27,627 nt of DNA from positions 1 through 27,627 of the IMG/VR virus record IMGVR_UViG_3300006879_000018; one strand, 5' to 3'. A program made the translations under genes and the position numbers. Below the pieces are notes generated by a model that was not told the origin of the DNA, did no database searches, and was given only the letters and a program-made list of their open reading frames with translations. The stretch's first letter is position 1, and each line of letters opens with the position of its first letter. Positions 14,402-23,466 of this stretch are shown here, piece after piece. The DNA is from a virus. Taxonomy: Duplodnaviria > Caudoviricetes.

Positions 14402-17400
14402 ATGGCAGGAAATTTAGGACATTTAGCTGCAACAGTTGGTTTAGATATAAATCCATTTTTAACAAATGAACGTGTATTAAAAAGTATGATACGTTCTACA
14501 GCTAACGCTTTACGCGCACAGGATATGGCATTTAAAAGTTCTGGTAACAATGCAGCATCTGCAGCTCAAAAGTATAAATTAATGGAAGCTCAGATGAAGA
14601 ATTTAAATGCATTAGCTAAACAACAACGTGCAACCTTCAATTCTCTAAAAGATCAGTTATCATCTGGTGCAGGAGATACGGATAAACTAGCAACTAGAAC
14701 CGCTAATGCTAGTAATCAATTAAATAAAACCGTTGCTCAAGCTGAAAGATTAAAAGCACAAATGGCCACTTTACGTGGAGAGATTGCTTTACAAGAAAGT
14801 AGCTGGACTGGTGTATCTAAACGACTAACTAATTTTTCAAATGGAGTAAGCAAAACCGGTTCTAGCTTGCTATCTTTTGGGACAAATGCAACGTTCTTTA
14901 CAGCACCAATTGTAGCTGGACTGGCTAAAGCTACTCAAGAATTAGTTAAGTTTCAAGATACCATGGTTAAAACCAAGAACTTATTAGTTACTTCTGGAGA
15001 GTCTGTAGCAAGCGCTACTGCTGGAGTTAACGAGATGCAAAAGCAAGGTGAATCTTTATCCAATAAATACGGAATTTCGCAAAATCAAATTGCTAAAGGT
15101 TACCAAGAATTGGTTAAGCGTGGTTATTCATCTAAGCAAGCATTAGGTGCAATGACAAGTGAAGTTCAAGCATCTGTTGCTAGTGGCGATGATTATAACG
15201 ACGTTTTAAAAGTTACATCTCAAACTATGGAAGGTTTTGGATTAACAGTTGATAAGAGTGGTAGAGCTATTCAAAACGTTAACTTAATGACTAAGAATAC
15301 AAAAGATACTACCAACGCTTTAGCATATACTGCTGATACTACAGCTACCGACTTTAATAGTATTGGTATTGCGATGTCTTATGTTAGTTCAACCGCTCAT
15401 CAAGCCGGCTTTGGCTTAAATGAAACTGCAGCTGCTTTAGGGGTATTATCTAACAATGGTTTGGAAGCTGAAAAAGCTGGTACTGGTTTACGTAAAGTTA
15501 TTAACTCGTTGACTTCGCCAACTGGAACTGCTGTTAAAGCTTTAGCATCTATCAATCTTAAGACTTCTGATTTCCTAGATAAGAAAGGTAATTTGAAGTC
15601 AATGGCTCAAATCTTTGGTATGTTGAACAGTCACATGAAAGGCTTGAGTGATCCACAAAAAGCTGATATTTTTCATTCTATTTTTGGTACAACTGGACAA
15701 CAAGCTGCCATGATGTTAGCTAAAGACTCTAGTCGATTGAGAGAACTTTCTGGAGAAATCAAGAAAGCTCAATCATCAGACTATGTAAATAATTTAGCTG
15801 GTAAAAACATGCAAACTGCACAAAACCAAATTAGAATTTTCCAAGCTAATATGATGAACTTGGGAATGACTTTGGCTAAGAATGTTTTACCAGTAATTAC
15901 ACCAATGGTTCAAAAAGCAACCGAATTAGCACAAAAATTCGGTGACCTAGATCCTAGCGTTCAAGGTGCAATTGCTAAGTTTGTATTATTGGGACTATCT
16001 ATGGGGCCTTTATCGTTGGCAATTGGTGGCCCACTAAAAGCACTTGGTGGACTAACTAAAGGTTTAGGAACTGTTGCGGGTGGAATAGGCAGAGCAAGCG
16101 CTGCTGCTAAGCTAGGTGGCGGAGCTTTTGATATTTTAAAATCTGCCTTTTCAAGCACTGCTTATAAAAGTCTGGCTATGAAATCATCTGTAGCTGTTGG
16201 TGAAGGTGCAATTAGCAGTTTAGGAACAAGTGCAGTTGCAGCAGGTGGAAGTTTACTGCCAATGATCGGAATAATTGGTGGAGTAACTGCTGCAGTAGCT
16301 ATAGGTGCAGTAGCTTATGAAACTTGGGGTAAAAATCTTATTGAATCTGCTCAACGCACACAACGTTGGGGAACTGATATTGGAGCCAGTGCTGATGATG
16401 CTGCAACTAAATTCAAGAACTGGTCAACAACTGCTAGTGTTGCTTTGAGTGATACAGCATCAAGTGCTAAATCAAATGGAAAAGAAATTGAAAAAGCATT
16501 TGCTGGCATGGCTAAATCAGCTGAAGATGCTGCTAAGAAACAAAAAGATTCTGCTGATAAGTTTGCTGATTCAATTGGTGGCGCAGCAGGAGAAGCAATT
16601 CGAGAAGAAGCTGCTAAAGAAGACGCTGAAAATCAAAAACATATCAATAAAATTCAAGGATATTATCAACAAGTACAAGCTATAACTAAGCAAGCTCGTG
16701 ATAATAACGTCGCTTTAACTCAAGATCAGCGTAATCAAATCGCTAATCTACAAACAAAAATGGCACAAGAACAAGTTCAAACACTTGGTTTAACCAGTCG
16801 TCAACAAAGATTAGTGTTACAAGCTGAGTTAAATCAAACTAACAGCATGACTAAAAATCAGCTAAAGAGCATGGTAAAAGCGACATCTGACGCGATGTAC
16901 AAAGAAGTTGATAATTATAATACTGCTTACGGTAAGATTAAACGTTCTACAGAATTATCTACCAGAGAAAAGAATGCAGCTTTAGAAGCATTGGAAAATG
17001 AACACATTAATACCTTGAACCAATTGGGTATTGGATTTATTAATGCTGAAAAAGCTCGTGGTTATACTCGTAAAGCTATTCTTGAAGATATGGTAGACGG
17101 AACAGGTATGACCATGAAAGAAGCTGAACGCGCTTATGATGCTTTTGAAAAAGCTCAAAAGAAAACAGAAGCAACTGTTATTAAACTCAGTAGCGATATG
17201 AAGAAGAAAGTATATGATGCAGCAGAAACATGGAATGATTTAGTTCTTGATCCTAAAACAGGTAATTTAAAGACAAATGCTCAAGAAGAAGTAAATAAGG
17301 CTGTAAATTCAAAAAATAAATGGAACCAAATTAAGTTACTACATAAAGAAGGTAAGTTAAGTACTAATGCTGAACAAATGGTAGCTGCAGCTTTAATTGC

Positions 17401-18790
17401 TAATGGCAAATGGGATAAGATGTCGTGGAAAGAGCAAAAAGCTTGGTTAAAAGATGGATTTAGTGAAACCATCGTTAAAGCATTAGAAGATTCTGGTCAA
17501 TGGAATAATCTTACTTTAGAGCAAAAAGAAGCAATTGTTAAAGCTGATGGGAAAGGCGAGTTAGCTAATCTTTTATTAGAAATGGGTCAATGGAATTCAT
17601 TGACTTTAAAACAGCAAGAGTTATTAATTAAAAATAATGCTACCAAACCTATTTATGAAGCTTTACAAAGTTCAGGAGACTGGAATAATTTGACGCTTAA
17701 GCAACAAGAAGCAATTATCAATGCTAAAGGCAAGGAAGATTTGGTTGATGCTTTGGTAAAAGGTGGAGTTTGGAATAGTTTAACATTGTCGCAAAAAGAA
17801 GCTTTGATTACAACTAAAGGGACTAAAGATGTAATAGACGCTTTAGTAGATATGAAACAATGGAATGAACTAACGCCTAAGCAACAACAAGCGATTGTGA
17901 CTGCTAAAGGTTCTATTGAATTGGGCGATATTTTAACTAAATACAAGTTATGGGAAGGAATGCCATACAGTATTTTGAAAGAAATTATTGCTCAAGATAG
18001 GGCTAGTGGTAACATTCAAGCAGGAAACAACGCTTTGAGTGCATGGAGAGCTGCAAATCCTGGCGGTGCTAAGCAACTTAATGCTCAAGATCATGCTAGT
18101 GGCCCAGCTCAAATTGCTAAGCAAAATGTATCTGCATTTGCTGGAACTTCTGCCGGATCTAGCAAAAAACTAAAAGCTACTGATAACGCAAGTAAGGCAG
18201 CAAATATTGCTATAGCTGCAATAAATGCATGGAACGCTGCTAGTCCAGTTGTTCACGCATTTACAGCGATAGTTAAAACCGTAACTGGTAAAAGACGAGC
18301 AAATGGTACAGTTGACCACCCTGGTGGATTAATGACTGTTAATGACCAAAAAGGGCCATTGTATCGAGAACTTATCCAATTCCCAACTGGTGAAACTTTT
18401 ATCCCAGAAGGACGTAATGTGGTAATTGACGCACCAATGCATACAAGAGTTTACCGTGCTAGTGACACTAGAAGAATTTTGCAATCTGGTATAATTCCAC
18501 ATTTTGCAGAAGGAACTTCTAATGCTAGAAAAGCAATTGATACTTTTGATAGTTTATCCAGAAATTATTATCCAAATCCTAATAACAATAATGATAATGT
18601 AAATGTTGATTTAGCGAACTTAGAAGAAGGACTTGGAAACTTAGCGGAAATTCTATTAAAGATATTGAATAAGTCGTCAAATATAGTTATGGATAGCGAA
18701 CGTGTGGGCAAATTAGTTGCTAATACTGTAGACGATAGACAAACTCACAACATTAACTTAGAACAAAGGGGTGTATATAGTGGACGTTAG
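14402..18790 (+). CDS. Tape measure protein (TP901 family)
   Basis: 1462 aa, Ala/Gly-rich, AGTGLR core, hydrophobic segments, Trp-periodic repeats. Confidence 0.96.
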   Translation: MAGNLGHLAATVGLDINPFLTNERVLKSMIRSTANALRAQDMAFKSSGNNAASAAQKYKLMEAQMKNLNALAKQQRATFNSLKDQLSSGAGDTDKLATRTANASNQLNKTVAQAERLKAQMATLRGEIALQESSWTGVSKRLTNFSNGVSKTGSSLLSFGTNATFFTAPIVAGLAKATQELVKFQDTMVKTKNLLVTSGESVASATAGVNEMQKQGESLSNKYGISQNQIAKGYQELVKRGYSSKQALGAMTSEVQASVASGDDYNDVLKVTSQTMEGFGLTVDKSGRAIQNVNLMTKNTKDTTNALAYTADTTATDFNSIGIAMSYVSSTAHQAGFGLNETAAALGVLSNNGLEAEKAGTGLRKVINSLTSPTGTAVKALASINLKTSDFLDKKGNLKSMAQIFGMLNSHMKGLSDPQKADIFHSIFGTTGQQAAMMLAKDSSRLRELSGEIKKAQSSDYVNNLAGKNMQTAQNQIRIFQANMMNLGMTLAKNVLPVITPMVQKATELAQKFGDLDPSVQGAIAKFVLLGLSMGPLSLAIGGPLKALGGLTKGLGTVAGGIGRASAAAKLGGGAFDILKSAFSSTAYKSLAMKSSVAVGEGAISSLGTSAVAAGGSLLPMIGIIGGVTAAVAIGAVAYETWGKNLIESAQRTQRWGTDIGASADDAATKFKNWSTTASVALSDTASSAKSNGKEIEKAFAGMAKSAEDAAKKQKDSADKFADSIGGAAGEAIREEAAKEDAENQKHINKIQGYYQQVQAITKQARDNNVALTQDQRNQIANLQTKMAQEQVQTLGLTSRQQRLVLQAELNQTNSMTKNQLKSMVKATSDAMYKEVDNYNTAYGKIKRSTELSTREKNAALEALENEHINTLNQLGIGFINAEKARGYTRKAILEDMVDGTGMTMKEAERAYDAFEKAQKKTEATVIKLSSDMKKKVYDAAETWNDLVLDPKTGNLKTNAQEEVNKAVNSKNKWNQIKLLHKEGKLSTNAEQMVAAALIANGKWDKMSWKEQKAWLKDGFSETIVKALEDSGQWNNLTLEQKEAIVKADGKGELANLLLEMGQWNSLTLKQQELLIKNNATKPIYEALQSSGDWNNLTLKQQEAIINAKGKEDLVDALVKGGVWNSLTLSQKEALITTKGTKDVIDALVDMKQWNELTPKQQQAIVTAKGSIELGDILTKYKLWEGMPYSILKEIIAQDRASGNIQAGNNALSAWRAANPGGAKQLNAQDHASGPAQIAKQNVSAFAGTSAGSSKKLKATDNASKAANIAIAAINAWNAASPVVHAFTAIVKTVTGKRRANGTVDHPGGLMTVNDQKGPLYRELIQFPTGETFIPEGRNVVIDAPMHTRVYRASDTRRILQSGIIPHFAEGTSNARKAIDTFDSLSRNYYPNPNNNNDNVNVDLANLEEGLGNLAEILLKILNKSSNIVMDSERVGKLVANTVDDRQTHNINLEQRGVYSGR

Positions 18791-19499
18791 ATATTTAAGT
18801 TTTGACGGTAGCCAATCATTTAGAGATTTTGGATTATATATCCAGAGCGCAGAGATTGGTTTTCCAGATAAAACAAAAACTAGAATTAAAATTCCAAATT
18901 CTAATATTTATTATGATTACGCTCAAATCTTTGGCGATATGTACGAAGAGCGAACGCTGGAATACACGTTTTTATTAGCTAAAGATCACACAAAATTTGA
19001 TAGTGAAGACTTAGAATATTGGAAATCTCAAGTGATGAACTGGTTAGAACCTGGTGTTCAACATCGAATTGAAGATTCATCTATACCGTTCTACTATTTC
19101 ATTGGTGAAGTGCAAAACAACCCAGACTGGCAACAAGATCAATCATTTGGCTATGGCACGTTAAAAGTCAAAATCAACTGTTACCCTTACAAGATTTCAG
19201 TAGATGATATGGCTGATGATTTGTGGGACTCGTTCGACTTTAACAACGATGTAGCTCAATTCTTAGAGTTTGAAGTCACTAAGGAAACAACTGAAAGGAT
19301 ATATAATGCTAGTTCAACTGCTGTATCACCTAAGTTAATTGTGACTGGTAATGTAACAGTTGAAGCACATAGTGAAAAGGTCACTCTAAAAGCCGGAACC
19401 TACACAGAAACCGAAATCAAATTAAACGTTGGTTGGAATGATGTTAAGTTGTCTGGCAATGGCACAATCAAGTTTTCGTTTCATAAGGAAGTGTTGTAA
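18780..19499 (+). CDS. Distal tail protein (Dit)
   Basis: DFGLYI, ERTLEYTF, CYPYK, L.VGWN; follows TMP; start 18771 or 18780. Confidence 0.85.
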   Translation: MDVRYLSFDGSQSFRDFGLYIQSAEIGFPDKTKTRIKIPNSNIYYDYAQIFGDMYEERTLEYTFLLAKDHTKFDSEDLEYWKSQVMNWLEPGVQHRIEDSSIPFYYFIGEVQNNPDWQQDQSFGYGTLKVKINCYPYKISVDDMADDLWDSFDFNNDVAQFLEFEVTKETTERIYNASSTAVSPKLIVTGNVTVEAHSEKVTLKAGTYTETEIKLNVGWNDVKLSGNGTIKFSFHKEVL

Positions 19500-21614
19500 G
19501 TGTATCTAGTAAAGATTAGGAATGGCGATGAAACTACCGTCATTCATGGGACTAAAAATAATACTTTGGGCGATGCTAAGGTATCTATGACAGTTAGTGC
19601 TGCATCATCTTTTACGTTTATCATTTATCCAAATAACACTGGATATTTTAAGTTGAGAGAATGGACGACTTATATCGATGTTACTCAATCAGGTAAATAC
19701 ATCTTTCGTGGACGTGTAATCGCAGTAGATCCTAAACACAACGAAGATGGAACTTTTTACAAAGAAATAACATGCGAGTCAGCAATGGCTTATCTAAACG
19801 ACTCTATCTTGAGTTGGGAAAAAGTAGATAAGAAACCAGCTGACTTTTTTGTTGAGTTAGTCAATGAACATAACAAGCAGGTAGTAGATGCTGAGAAACA
19901 ATTTAAGATTGCTGAGAATTCAGTTACTAACAATACTAATAATATATATTGTTACGTTGAAGATGGAATTAGCATTCTGGAAGAAATGAAGAATGATCTT
20001 CTGCAAAATGAAGATTTAGGTGGAGAGCTTTCAATCGACTATCGAGAAGACGGAAATTATATATCCTGGACTAGAGATAAGAAGGTTAAAGGTCAGCAAG
20101 TAATAAAGTTGGCCAAGAATTTGAAGACCTTATCTGCCAAGCCAGATATTTCCAAGATTTGCTCAGTGTTATATCCATTTGGTTCTACTAAGGAAGTTCC
20201 AGTCGATCAAAAGAATGATGAAAAGACTAATGAAGTTTCAACACCACGAATTAATATATCTAGCGTTAATAATGGCAAAAACTATCTTGAAGATCCTGAA
20301 TTGATTAAAGCAATTGGTAGAGCATCGAATACTAAAACTTGGGAAAACATCAAGGAGCCTAGAAATCTTCTGGCCAAAGCTCAAGAATATCTCAAGACCA
20401 TGCGAAACTATCGTGTGGCTTACGAGTTAGACGCAGTAGATTTACAACCATTAGGACTAGCTGTTGATTCGTTTGAGTGTGGTAACTACTATCACGTAAT
20501 TAATCCAGTAATCAATGTAGATGAGTGGTTACGCTTGGTCGGTGTAACAATCAATTTAAACAAGCCACTAGAATCAACACTAACTGTTGGCGATCAAGTC
20601 AAACGCTTAGTTGATTACAGCATGGATAATCTCCAAACTGAACGCAATTTAAAACGCTTGGCAGCAGAGCAACAAGTTTTAAAACACCAGAATAACATGT
20701 TGATTGATGAGAATAATCAGCTCAAACAGACGATTATCAAGCTATGGAATGATATTTTATCAAAGCAAGAGTCTAACGATAGTAGTGGTTCAGCTTGGAA
20801 CTGGCCATTTAAACCACCAGCCACAATTCGCTTTGATGGCGCTAAATTATTTGGTGTTAATCCAGGTGGCGAGTTTAGACCTAATGGCTTTCATGATGGT
20901 TTGGACTTTGGCTCAGTAAACTGGCCAGGATCAGAAGTTAAGGCTATCCACGATGGAACAGTTACTCTAAAGGGTTCTATGGATGGATTAGGAAACTATT
21001 TTGTTACTAATGGCGACGGCTTTAATATCGTGTATCAAGAAGCTTTTGGTTCAGCGAGTGATATTAGAGTTAACATTGGCGATCATGTAAAGGTTGGGGA
21101 CGTTGTAGGAATTAGAACAACTGACCATCTGCACGTTGGTGTTACTAAGCACGACTTTAATGCTGCATTAGGTTCAGCATTTAGCAACAACGGAACTTGG
21201 CTAGATCCTAAAAAGTTGATTGAAGATGGATTAAAAAATAATATGGGAACAACACAACCAGTCAATGGCGACTGGGGGCCAGTTATTCGAAATGCTGCCG
21301 CTAAGATGAAAGTTAATATAAGCGACAATGATGTAAATCGAATTAAAGCATTGATTTCTAATGAATCTGGTGGAAATCAGACTGTAACTCAACAAGTTTG
21401 GGATAAGAATATGGCAGCAGGAACACCAGCACAAGGACTATTGCAATATGTTCCTAGTACCTTCAATGCATATGCAGTTGATGGCCACAGGAATATTAAG
21501 AGTGGTTTTGATCAATTGTTAGCATTCTTTAACGATTCAACTTGGTCAAGTGACATTCATATACCAGGCTGGAGTCCAAATGGTTCTAAACGTTTCGATA
21601 AGATACCTGCTTAG
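19500..21614 (+). CDS. Tail-associated lysin (Tal): structural domain + M23 peptidase + lytic transglycosylase
   Basis: N-terminal prophage-tail domain, coiled coil, HDGLDFG and HLH (M23), ESGG and GLLQ (SLT). Confidence 0.9.
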   Translation: MYLVKIRNGDETTVIHGTKNNTLGDAKVSMTVSAASSFTFIIYPNNTGYFKLREWTTYIDVTQSGKYIFRGRVIAVDPKHNEDGTFYKEITCESAMAYLNDSILSWEKVDKKPADFFVELVNEHNKQVVDAEKQFKIAENSVTNNTNNIYCYVEDGISILEEMKNDLLQNEDLGGELSIDYREDGNYISWTRDKKVKGQQVIKLAKNLKTLSAKPDISKICSVLYPFGSTKEVPVDQKNDEKTNEVSTPRINISSVNNGKNYLEDPELIKAIGRASNTKTWENIKEPRNLLAKAQEYLKTMRNYRVAYELDAVDLQPLGLAVDSFECGNYYHVINPVINVDEWLRLVGVTINLNKPLESTLTVGDQVKRLVDYSMDNLQTERNLKRLAAEQQVLKHQNNMLIDENNQLKQTIIKLWNDILSKQESNDSSGSAWNWPFKPPATIRFDGAKLFGVNPGGEFRPNGFHDGLDFGSVNWPGSEVKAIHDGTVTLKGSMDGLGNYFVTNGDGFNIVYQEAFGSASDIRVNIGDHVKVGDVVGIRTTDHLHVGVTKHDFNAALGSAFSNNGTWLDPKKLIEDGLKNNMGTTQPVNGDWGPVIRNAAAKMKVNISDNDVNRIKALISNESGGNQTVTQQVWDKNMAAGTPAQGLLQYVPSTFNAYAVDGHRNIKSGFDQLLAFFNDSTWSSDIHIPGWSPNGSKRFDKIPA

Positions 21615-21628
21615 AAAGGAGAAACAAA

Positions 21629-21682
21629 ATGATTAAATTAGATAGTTTAACCCTCATTTTTGCAATGGGGGGGGGTAGCTAA
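21629..21682 (+). CDS. Short leader ORF containing a G9 tract
   Basis: Strong AGAAAGGAG RBS; MIKLDSLTLIFAMGGGS; with one G fewer it extends to 21728. Confidence 0.45.
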   Translation: MIKLDSLTLIFAMGGGS

Positions 21683-21738
21683 ACAACCGAAATTTAAGCA
21701 TGTAAATGGAGGTTGTGATAGCTCATAGCCACATTAAG

Positions 21739-21755
21739 GTGGTTATGTTTTCATG
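21739..21755. repeat. Left copy of a 17-bp inverted repeat (gtggttatgttttcatg)
   Basis: Exact reverse complement of 23406-23422. Confidence 0.9.
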
Positions 21756-21779
21756 CCTCCAAAATAAGGAGGAAGATTA

Positions 21780-23404
21780 ATGGTTTACAGAGATGAAACA
21801 GAGTTTGACTCTAGTAAAGATTGGACAATAGATGAATTAAGTAAATTTATCTTAGAAAAGAAATACGGAAAAGATGTTAGAAGTGTAATAGCTTACGCTT
21901 TGGCAAAAGTATATTCTGCGCCAATCGGAGATATGATGGATTTGATTAATCAAAATTCACCATATAACGAGAAAAAGTTAAATAGTATAGAGAAGGATCC
22001 AGGATATTCTTATAACAGTGGCAATTCAAATTGGTGGGCTTTTGAAAAGTACTATACTAAAGGTTTTATCAAGAAAATTAAAATTACATTGACTACATCA
22101 AGCGACGTGTCAGTAAAAGTAGCTTTAATCAATAAAGCTGGTAAAGTGTTATCTGCTCAACAAATTACAGGTAATGGAACTGTTGAAATTCCTATCAATA
22201 AAATGATTAAAGATAATTTTTATTTAGCGATTAAAGCGCCTAATTTCAAATATACTACTAATTTGAAAAATGGTGTAAGGTATTCAACGACATTTCCAAA
22301 CGACTTAAAAATTGGAGATACATATACACCTATTTGGAAAACGGATAGTGTATTTACACCAGTTATTGAAGTCGTATATACGGAATTATCAAGCTTGCTA
22401 TATGATTTAGTTGATAAAAGCAAAAATTATCTTGAAATTCAACAAAAGAAAATTACTAATTTTGATGACGCAATAAATCCTGGTGGCTATTGGATTTCTG
22501 TTGATAACGGTTCAGATGTAGTTTTAGGAAATGCTCCAGAAAATTCAGAATGGGGATATTACGCCGTTATTAATATCCCGTTTTACGAAGATTTGAAAAT
22601 GAAATTCATGGCTCAAATAGCAACAACATATGTTTCTGACAAAGGTAAGGGAATTTATCTAAGATACTTAGTTGTAAAGTCTGACGACACTATTGATGAA
22701 TCAAATCAAACAATCAGACAGTGGCTACCATTGTTAAATAATGATATTAGCTTTGAAAAGAATAGAGTTTTTATCGCTGGTGACTCTATAACAGCTGGAC
22801 ACCCTTATGAAAGTGAAATAAATATTGCATGGGCTAATCAAGTTGGTAAGCATTTAAATCTTAACGTTACTAGAGGTGCTAACAATGGATCAGGTTATTT
22901 ATTCGTTAATGCTGGTAAATCAGCTATAACTATAGTTGACTCAACAGATTTCACAAACTATGACATAGCTATTTTAGCTTTTGGCACCAATGATTATGGC
23001 AATAATATAACTTTGGGCAAATTAGGCGATAATTATCCAACTACCAAACGTTATATGGCGCCATAGATTACGTAATAAATAAAATCTATAGTAGTAATCC
23101 AGAAATAACGTTAATTTTATCAACACCAATTAATCGTTCTGATCATGGAACTAAAGATAATGGTTTTGGATACGGTACTATCAATGATAAAGGATATACA
23201 TTATCTGATGTTGTAGATGCTGAAATTGAAGTAGCAAAGAAATATGGTGTTATCTGTTTAGATAACAGACAATCACCATTTAATGTTTTCTCATTAAATT
23301 CTCTATTAGTGGATAAGTTGCATCCAACTAGAGATGGATATAAAGTTCTAGGATCGTATTTAAGTGCTAGAATTGGATCTTATATAAAACCATATAAAGT
23401 TTAA
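21780..23404 (+). pseudogene. Tail/baseplate protein with C-terminal SGNH/GDSL esterase, frameshifted near 23046
   Basis: GDSIT and FGTND in ORF 21780..23066; the rest (TLYGAIDY...STP...DKLHP..DGY) is in the -1 frame from 23048 to TAA 23402-23404. Confidence 0.85.
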
Positions 23405-23405
23405 T

Positions 23406-23422
23406 CATGAAAACATAACCAC
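23406..23422. repeat. Right copy of the 17-bp inverted repeat (catgaaaacataaccac)
   Basis: Exact reverse complement of 21739-21755. Confidence 0.9.
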
Positions 23423-23466
23423 ATTTATAAGGAGGTAGATAATAAAAAAAGAAAGGAAAATCTAGA

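Noticed and set aside
17400-17960. Trp-periodic ~23-aa repeats in the tape measure protein
   Set aside because: Ordinary, well-known TMP feature
21739-23422. IS element or DGR explanation for the inverted repeats
   Set aside because: No transposase or reverse transcriptase, no target-site duplication and no TR/VR pair seen
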